NCBI GenBank assembly: GCA_013265495.1
Contig: MU058868.1
Span: 940,587 to 1,004,586, forward strand
DNA from: Vicugna vicugna
Lineage: Eukaryota
DNA: 64,000 bases
Reading direction: 5' to 3'
Program-made: the position numbers and the translations under genes
The notes under the pieces: generated by a model
Database searches by the model: none
Told to the model about the DNA's origin: nothing
What the model saw: the letters and a program-made list of their open reading frames with translations, nothing else
Part shown: piece after piece, positions 1 to 11,787 of the stretch
Position numbering within the stretch: position 1 is the first letter of the stretch
How the letters are laid out: every line of letters begins with the position of its first letter

Positions 1-2199
1 GGGCTCAGGGGCTCCTTTGGTTAAGGGGCCTGGGCTTTGCCTTTGGCAGCAGCTCTTGCAGGGAGGTCTCAGCTATGAGCTGCAGGGCCTGTGTGGAGGA
101 GGAGCAGGGAGGCAGAGTGGGCTTTGGCTAGGACCACACAGAGAACATGGAGTGGACTGTGCCCCCTAGAGCTGTATGCCCTGAGTGGGCGGTTAATGGC
201 TGCAGACCTTGAGACCAGGGGACTCCCAGCTCCATTTGACCCCTTGTTTGTGTGGCTGCATGGCTGGCCTTAGAGCTAGCAGGCAGGCCTGGGGTTCTCT
301 GATTCTAAATGCCTTACCTAGCTTGGCCTCAGCCTGAGAGGCTGATGGGGGCGGGGCAGCAGGGGAGAGCTGAGATGGAGAGCAACTGAACCCCAATAGG
401 CCAGAGCAGGGCAGCCATTGCCCCTGGAATGCCTCTCCTCTGTAGTTGCTACTTGATATCAGTAGATTCCCAGTCCCTCGGTTTCCTGCAATCTCTCCTA
501 AGTATAGAGTTTTCATTTTGAGAAATGTTAAGACTCTCAAAGAGACCCAAACAAGGTTCGGCCCCAGCTGATGATATCCTTGAGTGCCCTGCACCCCTCT
601 GTGCCCACCAGGCTTGGGTCTTCCACCATCATGGCCCTCCCCCATCTGCAAGGGGGCAAAGGGGCAGATGAGAGTCTCCTCACCCAGGAATCTACCTGTT
701 CATGGCTTCCTTCAGTCCTGTGAGGGGCTCCTGTTCCTTGCACTGATGGAGGGAGACCTGATCATCAGAAATATGGTCTCCACAGGGTGAGGACCCTGGT
801 GTGTGCAGGGCTGCGGCTGCCCAAATGGCCAGACTGGATGAAAAGGGCTTAGGGCCCAGGGAGGTCTGCACTCAGTGGGAAAATATCAGCCAGCACCAAA
901 TAACTTTCTTCAAGAAAATTTAAACACACACTTGCATGTTTTGAATAAATTTACATGTTGATTGCACTATTCTAGAGTTTTTTTTTTTTTTGAAGAGGAG
1001 CCTAATTCCAAATCTGTGAAATCAAATGAGATCTGGTGGTACTTGTCTTGTACTGCAGGGATTTAAAGATACTGGGGAGATGGGCAGTTTTCAGGCTTGT
1101 GCTGCAGAGGGATCCAGGGCCCAGAGAGAGTACCTACTCTCCCTACAGCCAAGAGATGTGGCAAAATGCAAATGTGAATGGACCACCACCCAGCTAGACA
1201 CCTTCCAGTGGCACCTGGTGGCCGGAGGTGAGTCCTGGCAGTGACTGATGGGGGAAGGGCTTCTCTTCTGGTCGCTCAGGCTCCAGTGCCCTGCAAGGGT
1301 GCAGCACACGCAGTAGGATCTCACCATATAGCCTTGGGTGGGAGGGTGAGCAATTCTGTAACCCTTTTCCCTGGGACACTGCAGAGGGCCTCTCATGCTC
1401 TGGGGAAGCAGAAGCTTGCCCTGCTGGAAGTGGGGAGTCTGAAGTGCCAACTTGTCTTAAGTGAGTGTGGCCTACCGGAGTCCTGCACTGGCAGAGCTGA
1501 CCAGGCCTTTGTATTCCATCCCTTCAGCTACCAGATGTGGCTGCCCCAGGAAAGAGAGACCAGCAGGGAGGTGGCTCTCTGCAGCTGGCGTAGACCCTGT
1601 AGGAGCTGGCAGCTGGAAGCTGGGCAGGAAGACCTTCCTTGAATGGGCACTTGAGGGGCACATCTCTGTGTCCACCGTAATAGTCCACTGTCCTCACCAT
1701 AAGCCAGGGTGATCTTCTCAAAGCTAGACCCTGACCACTGGTTGGCACTCCTAGGCCTGCCCTGGGCCTCTTTCCCACCCCAGCCTCACAAGAATGGCAT
1801 GAACCCTAGCAGTTTCAGGGGCTGGGAGTTCTGCCTCTGACCACGGACTCCCCACTGCACCGAGACACAGGCCAGATCCGAGCTTGCGAGATGCGGGGAA
1901 GGCTGAATGCACGCCCTGCAGATATTCTGCAGGAAGATCCCACTACCATCGCGACGGCCAGCCTCTCTCCGGCCTGCTTTCCCCTCTCCCACTTGGTGTT
2001 TGTGATGCAGGTTCCGGGAGCGCAGGTATGGGGGCCTCTGCACCCTTTTCGGCAGTCCTGGGAGCTCCCCCAACATTGCTTTCCTGCGAGTTCCAGCTGT
2101 TTCGCGTCCAGGGGCGGTTGGAACCTGACGTCCGTCTTCCCGGACTGGGGACCCGCGCCAGAGAGCCTCCTGACCTGGGAGCCCTCTTTATGCACCGAG

Positions 2200-3450
2200 G
2201 CAGGGGCGTGTGGGTGACCACGTGGGTGACCACTTGGGTGTCGGCCTGCGGCTAGCACAGGCCTAGCCCGCGCGCGGCCTTGCGGGCGTAGGCCACGCGG
2301 GGAGCCAGGGAGGGAGCGGCGCCGCTGGCCCCCTGTCCCGGCTCCACGGCCGCGCGCCCCGAGCTGGGGCCGCGATCGCGCGGGCGGCCTCGCTGGCGGC
2401 GATTGGGCGCGCGACAGTGACGTCACCACCCCGCGCGCGCGCGCGCTCCGGACTCTGGCTCCGGGCTTTCGGTTGAGCCGCCTCCTGTCGCGCGCCTGGC
2501 CGAGTAGCGGGAGCGGGGCGCGCGCCCGGAGCCGGCCTGGGGCGGCTCGCGGGGTCCCGCGCTCCCGGCCCCGGCCCGCGCCCTCGACCCCAGGCCAGCG
2601 GTCCCCGCCCNNNNNNNNNNNNNNNNNNNNNNNNNNNNNNNNNNNNNNNNNNNNNNNNNNNNNNNNNNNNNNNNNNNNNNNNNNNNNNNNNNNNNNNNNN
2701 NNNNNNNNNNNNNNNNNNNNNNNNNNNNNNNNNNNNNNNNNNNNNNNNNNNNNNNNNNNNNNNNNNNNNNNNNNNNNNNNNNNNNNNNNNNNNNNNNNNN
2801 NNNNNNNNNNNNNNNNNNNNNNNNNNNNNNNNNNNNNNNNNNNNNNNNNNNNNNNNNNNNNNNNNNNNNNNNNNNNNNNNNNNNNNNNNNNNNNNNNNNN
2901 NNNNNNNNNNNNNNNNNNNNNNNNNNNNNNNNNNNNNNNNNNNNNNNNNNNNNNNNNNNNNNNNNNNNNNNNNNNNNNNNNNNNNNNNNNNNNNNNNNNN
3001 NNNNNNNNNNNNNNNNNNNNNNNNNNNNGGGGCCGGCGGCTGCACCTGTGCCGGCCTCCGGGCCGGCGGCCTTTGTTCGCGGCGGCTCCGAGCGGGCCGG
3101 GGCCGGGGCCGGGCCGGGCCGGGCCGGGCGGCGGTGGGAGGGGCGGCCGGGGCCGGGGGCGCTTTTTGTCTGCGGAGGGTCCGCGCTGACACCCGGACGC
3201 CGGCCGTTGGTCAGCGCGGGCGCCCGAGCCGCCTGGCCTTGGCAGGTGGAGGCGCGGGGACCCCGCCCGGGGCTGCGGGCCCTGGGCGCCCGCGCTGGGC
3301 GCAGACAGCGGCCCGAGGCCCCCGGGTGCGCAGCGGTGCGTCCCCGGGCCGAGCGGCCGGCTCTGTCCGACTCGTGAGAAGGGCGGTTTAAAATCTCGGC
3401 TTTTAAAAAATGCTAGTCCGAGTTTCGGCCGAAGGGACAGGACCCGGTGC
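2200..3450. promoter_or_regulatory. NSD2: CpG-island promoter of NSD2 (contains N gap 2611-3028)
   Basis: Very high GC/CpG, ~20 kb upstream of first coding exon. E-box CCACGTGG 2218-2225, inverted CCAAT 2402-2406, CRE TGACGTCA 2418-2425, multiple GGGCGG boxes. Confidence 0.85.
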
Positions 3451-6400
3451 AGCGTTAGTGTTTTCTCCTTGTGTGCCAAGACGCGAGTAGATTTGACATG
3501 CGAGTGGAAACTTAGTATCACCACGGCGTTAATCGCTCCTGGGCTGGTGGTTAGGGCGTGTGTGTGTGCGTGTGTGTCACAGAATCTGTGAAGGGAAGAC
3601 CAAGTCGGTGAGGGTGAGTGCAGAGCTAGAGTAGGGAAGTTCTTCAGTCCTGACAACCGCGCTCAGACGTTCAAGGCCTTGACTTTTGAATGACTTAAGC
3701 GCCAAGATGTGTGTTCCCTAATCACTAAACAACTTAAAAACCTCACGTGGGTACCACGCGTTGAGTATACTCCTCTTCTTTTATGTACTTTAAAATTAGA
3801 TTATTAAGATGGAAAATAAGTTAGACACCATCCCATCTCATTTATGTAACCGGGACTTTAACTTTTTTATTTTCCCAGCTGTTTTAAAGGTCCTCGTTAC
3901 ATATTTAAATATGAGAGCAACAATGAAAAAGCACAGCTCCAATCTGCAACGTGAAGGAAACAAGTCCTGAGAGCACAGGCTCTTGGTGGTGTGCTTGCTG
4001 TGTGCTCCTGCACGCCACAGCCGCCCTTAGTTCAAATCTAAACTGCCGACTGGAAGTGCAGAGGACTCATGCCCTAAGCACGATTACTTTGAGTCATTTC
4101 CTTTTCTTTTCTTCCATTTTCTCAGACGCCCAGCAGCGTTCAGTCTTGGGCTGATGGTTGGTAAAGTGAGGACTTTTGTGGTACGAAAGTCCTCCCCCCG
4201 AGACTGCATGACTACCGTTGAGGCTGGCCTCTGATTCCAGTGGTAAACTTTCCAATTTAGGAGGATCCGATAAATAACTTTATGAATTTCAGAAATCATG
4301 AGCGTATTATTCTTGTGTGTGTACATGTATGATAAATGCAATGTGGTTTGTAGATTAACATAATTTGAAGTTATGTGGAGAAACATAGAACAAAACAGTA
4401 AGGTAAACAGGCTGCCACATGTGGCTACTAAGGCTCATGGTTTTTATTTAGCTGATTTACACTGGGCTGTTAAAATAGCATTTACTTAAATGTGAGGAAT
4501 CAGATGAAGATTATGTCAGAACTGCAGGAATTAGAAATGAGAAATTAAGAGCCCCGTGGCTTAGTTTCGGAGGAGTGAATGGAGCCTTCCACCTGTGCGG
4601 TGACCTCTCCTCCTACAAGTAGTCCAGTGTTAAAAAGTTTACTCAAAAAAAAGTTAACTCACATGGCAGAATGTAAACTAATTAGTTACTTCCTTTTTTA
4701 TGGTTTGCTGCTTCAGTGTAAATCATGTAAAAGTAGGTGGGATTAGACTCACTGAGAAGTGCTGGTGAGAGGGTAGAAGACACCAATAGAAGTGTGCTAT
4801 AGGAGACATGGGATTGTCACTGAGCATGCGTCAAAGGGTGTGCGAAGATGATGCTGAAGTTCATAATCCACATTTATTTTGCCCTGGCCTTTAAATCTGG
4901 CAAATAACCTTTCTCAGTAAGTACTATAATTAATCAGCGGGAACTGAAGATGCAAGGCTTTCTACTCACATATTCTGGTACGCAGGTTTGCTTTGTTTTG
5001 ATGAACTTCTTGGCTGCAGAGTGTATGCAGTTTGGGATAAGTGTCTCAGTGCTCCGAGCTTCACTCTTCTCCGCCAGACTGAGTAAACGTGCCCTTGTCC
5101 CTGAATATGTGGTGCCCTGTCCTGGCCCAAGCCTCTGCGTGGACTTTTTTTTTTTAACAGTTCTAAAAGTTTTATTCCTAGAGATTTGACTCTCAAAGCT
5201 TTCAAAAAAGAATTCACTGCTTTTAACTAAAGTAATAAAATGTACGGACCGCTTTGCAAATTTGCGTGCCACCTTGTACAGGGGCCGTGCTGCTCTTCTC
5301 TGTGGCGGTCCAGTTTTGCTATTTGTGCTGCCGGAGCGAGCGCTGTGTGGACTCTTGTTGGGTGTGGACCAGCTGTCTCCCTTTTTGAGCGCAGAGGACC
5401 CAGCCCTTTGATGGCTGTAAGTGACCTTTCTCCCGTGTATGAGCTTTTGGAGGTAGGATTCGCAAAACCTTGGGCAGCCTGGCCTGCACTGGTGCCTCCT
5501 CAGGGCAGGCCTCCAGTGAATGCTGAATAAATGGGCGTATGATTTAGGATAAACAGCACATTCTAATACCAGCGTCCGGCCTGTTTGTGTTTCTTTTCCT
5601 TAAGTCATGTTTGAAGGGAAAGGGACCCCCTGGAAGAAGCTGAGTGTGAAAAGTCAGGGGCTGGCTGTGGCCACTTTACCTGGGGGAGCCAAGACCCTGT
5701 TAGCCAGGCAGGGCTGTTTCCTTCCTTTTCCTTTTTCCATCTTAGTCGACTCAAAGGTTAAGTAAAAATTAATGATGAAAAATGGCAAGCATATGAGTAC
5801 AACAAATAATTGAACAGACCTGTACCTACCACTGAGATGTTTCTGCTGAACCTCTCTGTGTCACTGGGCGAAGTAAAAAGAATGTAAAATATACAAAATG
5901 CAAGAGCAGGCAACATGGAAGTTGTAAAGGATTATGTTTATCTTTTACAAAGTGTTTTTATGTGATCTGTTAATTTCCTTTTCAGGAACTGTTACTACGG
6001 TAAGCACTTTGGGGAGAAAAAGACTTAAATTGGTTACCCTGGGGACTTGTCAGCATTTTGCATTTGTCTCTTGGTTTCAGTATACAAAGGAGCTGATTGA
6101 TTTGGTGAGATTTGGTTGCTAGTTAAATAATTCAAGACAGACCTCAAATTAGTTTTGTTCTTGAGTCTGCCTTCCAAAAAGCAAACGGCCAAAGATCAAT
6201 TTTCAAAGCATCTTAATTTTTTTTAGTACTTACTGGTTTCAACAAGGTATATGATGATAGAAACTGCTAAATGCTGGCTGAGCTGAGTGCTGGCCTACAG
6301 CTCAAAAACCCTAGTAGTGAGACTTCCCTAGTGGGTTTGTAGAGAGACAAAGTTTGGTCTTACTGGAAGGAGTTGGGAGCTCAACTTTTAACTTGACTGG

Positions 6401-6589
6401 TTGTCATTGAAAGAGTTGATGATATGAATTGTTTGCTGTGCTGTTAAGGGTGTATTATATCAGCAGTGTTCTCACATTTTGATTAGTTTTTCACTTGTGT
6501 TTGCTGTTGTGTTATGGAGGCTGGCAGGTCGGAAAGTGTGTTTCCGCCTCTGGCTTTACTAACCTCAGTCAGTACTCCACACCCTGCCT

Positions 6590-7320
6590 GGTCTTTCTGA
6601 AATGTAGCTGTGATCATGTGAGGCCCCGCTCTTCAGGGATCTCTGCTGTCCTCTGGGGTTCAAGACCAGTCTGTCATTGGGCTTCTTGTTTTGACCTCCC
6701 CTGACCTCTTCAGCCCGTCTTGCTGCTGCACTCGTCCCTTGGGCCTCTGCGTAGTCAGATTTTGTCCCTGCTCCCCCCTCCGCCCCTCCAGTGCATTTGT
6801 GGGCTCAGCTGGCTTCTCCTGTTAATTCCTTCTCATTCAGCTCTCGGCTGGAAAGCCACCCCAGACTGCCTGCCCGTCTGGAGAGCCCTCATAGGTGTGT
6901 CCTGAGCACATTGTGTTTCGCCTGCTCCACTCTCTTTGCTCCGGCCGCCCTGGCCTCTGGCCTCCTGGAGCACCGAGGCCATTCCAGGCCCCAGGCAACT
7001 GCACCTGCCGTGCCTTCTGCCGGGACACCTGCCTGGCTTGCTCTTTACTGCCTGTAAGGCTTTACTCAAACTCCCCTTCTCGGCCCCTCCCCTGACACTG
7101 ACTTAGGACGCCCTGCTGAGTCCAGCCCCGCCCATCTGCCTTAGCTTCTATCCCACAGCACTTACCCTCTGACTTTCCGGGCATTTTCCTTTTTTGTCTC
7201 TCTGCCTGGCTTCATCGAGGTGTCTGTAGAGGCAGGAATTGCTCCTCTTTTGGCTTCGATTACTGTCATATGCCTCGTACCTGGAACGTAGCTGAGTGAC
7301 TGTCAGTCAGAGGCTGTCTG
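6590..7320. mobile_element. Degraded L2 (LINE2) fragments
   Basis: Resembles L2 3' end motifs (e.g. ...gcaggaattgctcctc...gcctcgtacctggaacgtag); recognised by eye only. Confidence 0.4.
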
Positions 7321-9214
7321 AGTGACCAGACTCTCAGCCCTCTAGTGTGATGTCTGGCATGGCACCGTGTGTCTCAGCGGTGGTGTGGATGGAGGGAGTG
7401 GCGTGAGGGTGCTTCCCTGGAGTGAGGTGGGAAAGGTGGAGGGCCATGGGCAGTGACAGGTCAGCGAGGAGAGCTGTGGGCCAGTGCTAGAGAACAGTGT
7501 CCTTCCCAAGGCACAGGAGATGGGGTAGGAAGAGTGGACAGATGCAGGAGGTGGGGACCAAAGTCTCTTCGGTGGGCTGGGGCCCACGTGGGGCCCAGAA
7601 TAAGAGGGGAGGGTGGCCCAGGCGCCCCTGCTGTTCACAGGGTGTGAATAGTATGTGAGGAGGCTGGGTGGAGAGGGCACCATTTTATCTCACCGTGAAC
7701 CAGTGGAAGGGAAGGCAGGCCTTGTTTCTGATCGACCTGTCTTCCTTCCAGAAAGAAACTCTAATCTCACCTGCCAGCTGAAATTGTGTCTGTGTTGCAT
7801 TCCTCTTCACCCAGAAGAGGAAGCCCTAGGTCCTGAGCATGGCGTGTGGTCCCTTGTGTTTTTCCAGCATCTTCACTGGCCAGCCCCTTGCGGCTGCTCT
7901 GTGATCTCATTGTCATGCCGCTGCCGCTCTGGTGAGGAGCTGCGCTGGCCCCACGGGTCTTCCCTGAGCCGTGGCTTCTTCCCAAGCTGCCCTGCTCGGC
8001 CCTGCTCTGCCCCCCTCGAGCCTAGTCTTCGTCTCTGTCTCTGCCAGAGTTACCGCCCCTGCACTGTGGCGCTCAACGTGTTGGTTTTCGCTCCCCAGCA
8101 GTTGTGCCTCTGGGCGCTAGGCCCTGCCTCGGGCACGGGGCTCAGGCTCCTGCCCCTCTGTGGACTGTGGGTGTTTCAAGGCAGCAGCCCTCTGGGCTTT
8201 GGGCAGTGCCTGGTATTCACTGAGAGTTAACACGGGGAAGAGATACTTTGGAGTCCTCAGTGTTCCTAAAGAGTTTCAGTTCGTAAAAATTGAATTCCTA
8301 GATTTTCAAAGTTAAAATATATCTTAGAAATAAGAGCCTTCTGTGTTGCTTCCCCCAGAAGATTTGGAGTGGGTGCCGTCTGTGCAGAGCTGCTCCCTCT
8401 GTGGCTTTGAGGGAGAATCCTCCTTCCCTCGCCTCATGGAGTCCTCACAGCAGGGAACTGATCCCTGCGATGCGAAGTGCTGACCCAGCTCACAAAGCTG
8501 TAAGCCCTGGGGCTCCTGCAGGGCCTGACCTCTGCTTCTGTGCTCTGGGGACTGACTGCTCGTCCGTCCTCTTGGGGGGCGTTTGAACATATACTGTCCA
8601 CATGTGAATAGGATGGTGTGCCGTTATATTTTTGCTCATCAGTATGGCTTCTGGTGCCATTTCTTTGTTCCTTGGGAATTAGCTGTGTGCCGGCAATGGG
8701 CCATAACCTGTGTCCTTGGTCCCAGGGACTTTACAGACCTGAGTGGGTGAAACAGGAGAGACAGCAGAGGAAAGACTGCATCTCTGAAAAGCCCGTGAGT
8801 AGTCTTGCCAAAGGGTTGACCTGAAACTGATCAAGCCTTTATGCCCCATAACCAGCTTACAGGAAACGCAGGGGGAAAGGAACGCATGAACCTACCCTGC
8901 AGGATGGCCGTTGGCAGAACTTAGGATTTGGGCAGTGACCAGGTCTCTTCAGCAAGTAAAACAAGGAGTCTCTGGATGATGGGAGGTTGGAGGCACATGG
9001 GCTGACCGCACTATGTAGGACTATTTGCATCCAAGGCAGGCCAGCTAGGTAGAGATGTAAGTAAACATCACTTCCACTATTTGAGACAGTTAGAAATTGG
9101 AACACTGGCCAGGTTTGTTATTGAGGAATTCTTTATTATGCTTTTTAACTGCTGTAGTGGTTTTAAGAAAAGCATTCAGACTGTGTAGAGCTGTGTACAG
9201 AATTTGTCAGTGAG

Positions 9215-9339
9215 CGGGGAGGGTGTAAGTTCAGTGGTACACAGAGCGCACAAGGTCCGGGGTTCAATCCCCAGTGCTGGCATTCTAACTAGCTAACTAA
9301 AACCTAATTACCCCCACCAAGAAGAAGAATGAAAGTAAA
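9215..9339 (+). mobile_element. tRNA-derived camelid-type SINE with 16-bp target-site duplication
   Basis: A-box-like gttcagtgg, B-box-like ggttcaatccc, 3' aaacctaattacc and A-rich tail. TSD agaatttg(t/c)cagtgag at 9199-9214 and 9340-9355. Confidence 0.85.
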
Positions 9340-9969
9340 AGAATTTGCCAGTGAGATGATACAGCAGCTGGGATTTGCTCCACAGTTCTGTGAAGAGGGG
9401 GCAGCGAGGGCGTGACTGGATCAGGACTGGCCTAGGTGGACGTCAGGCTCTACCTTTACATGCATTCAGAATTCTCATGACAAGCGAGAAGAAAGCCGTG
9501 AAGGCAAGGCTGGGCACAGCCAGCAGCATCTGTAGGAAGGTCAGACCTAACTGGGGTCTGGTGTCAGGAAAGGCTTCCTGATGGGATCGCCTCGGGCCGG
9601 GCGCAGAAGAGGCCTGGCAGAGGGCGCGTGTGAGGATTCCGGACGAGGGCCTGAGACGGAGCGGACCTAAGGCTGAGTGGCTGGAGCACTGGGCACAAAA
9701 CAGGGTTGTAGGGCGGGGGCGGGGTGAGTTCTTTTAGCTGTATTGAGAATTGTCATCCTAAGAGCAGTGTGAGGCCCTTGAAGGGTTTTAAACAGGGGTG
9801 TGGGGTGTGTGTGTGTGCGGTGAATCTCTGCTCTGGGAAGTGCGCTTCTCTGTAAACTGGCGATGGGAGGATTAGGGGAGTGAGTGGTGGGCACGGGAGA
9901 CCAATCTGTGCTTGCTGTCTCTTTGGGTTAGGGTCTTCCCGGTTGTGCCTGCTTTGGGTGCCTGGGAGG

Positions 9970-10200
9970 CTGACCAACCCTGCCCCCTTGAAATCTGGTG
10001 TGGCCATGTGACTTGCTTTGGACAATGAGGTGACATGTTGCTTCTGACGAAAGCTCCGAGAGACGTGTGCTTTATCACGTCCTCTTTTGCATCTGATTGT
10101 GGGAGCACACAGACACGTGCTGTGAGCGAGAAAGCAAGCTCTGGGTTGAGCTGTTACTGCCCCACAAGCTCGCCTAGGGGTTCTCGAGGTCCAGTCCCCA
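9970..10200. mobile_element. MaLR (MLT1-like) LTR fragment
   Basis: Motif cccttgaaatctggtgtggccatgtgacttgctttggacaatgag resembles MLT1 LTRs. Confidence 0.5.
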
Positions 10201-11787
10201 GAGTGGCAGCACTGGTCACCAGGAGCTCCTTAGAAATGCCCGCTCCCGGGCCCCCCCTTGAGCTGCTGAGTCAGGCTCTGGAGTGGGGTGCAGCGGCCTG
10301 TGTTCTCACAAGCCCGCGTGGTGCTGCTCCCTGATCAGCCAGTTAGGAGCCTGTGGCGTCAGTCCTTGTGGGGGGTGGGCCCGAGGGGAGAGGTGGCCCG
10401 CATATCAGTGGGAAGAGATTCTGGACGAAGCTGATAAAGCCTGTTGTTGGAATAGGAGGGAGGTGTCAGCGAGGCCCTGAGTTTTGTTGGACGAAACCAG
10501 ATGGCGGAAGCACAGTTCGCTGTCCAGACTGTAGATTTTTGTGAGCGTTTGCATTTACTTCCCTTTCAGGTTTCAGAAACCAGGAAAAGCTGAGCAAGGA
10601 GATTTAAAACTCCCACTGACTCCTCCAGTCAAGGATCAGGTCTCGGCGGAGCCCCCATTTGTGGTGGTGCCCTCCCTGCGCTTCTGACCCTCACTTGCTG
10701 TCCCCACCTGCCCTCCCACGTGAGTGGAAGCGTGACGCAGGCAGCACCCTTGCCTCGTCCTGGCCCCTGCCACAGGTGTGCCTCCGAGGGCGAGCTGGTG
10801 GTGTGCTTGGGACCTGGGGTGGCAGGCAAGGCCTGTGCCCGTCGGTGTGGCCTGGATGCTGAGGACCCTGCTTCTCCAGGTTTGAAGTCCTCCGCGGTGC
10901 AGGCTGGAGCTGGCCCGAGAGGTGGAGGAGCTGTCTGACTTCACACAGCTTCCTCTTCCTCCTGGAGAGAAAAGGCGTGTTTCGGGAGGGGAGCAGCTCT
11001 TCCCGGACTGAGAGCTGCAAGAACAATGCTGTTAGGGTTCTCTCCTGTTGTTCTGTGTCTGAGATTGTGTACTTTATTTGTGGAAGAGGAGTTGAGATTA
11101 AGTGTCATGTTAACAGTTTATTGGATTCTTTTCTGTTGAGTTCTGAAATCTGTATCAAGTATTTATTTCTTTAAAATTCAACTGCTTACAACTTCTTAGA
11201 GAAAACGCTAGCAGTTCTTGTCAGTCCAGTGCCTACCTCTGGAGGCCAAGCCTGTGCAGTTCCTTGAATACCGTTAGGGCTCTCTGTGAGCGAGCAGGTG
11301 ACACCAGTCAAGGGTCAGGACAAGTCACAGGTGATTACCCTCTCCGCTTCCTTTGCAGAGGGCCCTGTTCAGTTTTGCAGGCTGATAAACTTCTGAGACA
11401 GAGGAAACCTAGGTCTTGCTGGCCCACTAGAAATGAAATGTTTCAGCAAGATCTTGCCCTGGCTTCACTTTTCCGTCTCTCGAAGACTCCAGGGTGACTC
11501 CTTGGGGCCGGGCATAGCACTGGTGTGTGAAGGACACCCTGGGTGCTTGTGGGGAGCCTCTGCACTCCGTCTGGTCTGTCCCTGTCTTCCAGAAGCCACT
11601 GCTGCCTCCCCTGGTCGGTGCCGACTGCTCCTCTCGTTCTTGCTGTCGGTTTCAGAGCTGGTTCTCTGTCCTGACCGGATTCTGGCACCATCCCCACTGC
11701 CCTCCCTTTGTGAGTTCCCAGCACGAGAATGATGTAGCAGAAACTAAGTTCTGAGCTTCAGCCTAGAGGTTGTAGAAATCTTACTTT

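Noticed and set aside
1-2200. LETM1, the usual head-to-head neighbour of NSD2
   Set aside because: No LETM1-like coding sequence recognised; it should lie upstream of the window
1815-3656. 613-aa, 309-aa and 238-aa ORFs across the CpG island
   Set aside because: Stop-poor GC-rich sequence bridged by 418 Ns; low-complexity G/A/R/P translation with no domain
5772-5835. Box C (ATGATGA) ... box D (CTGA) snoRNA-like pattern
   Set aside because: No convincing terminal stem or C'/D' boxes; context resembles an old L1 3' end
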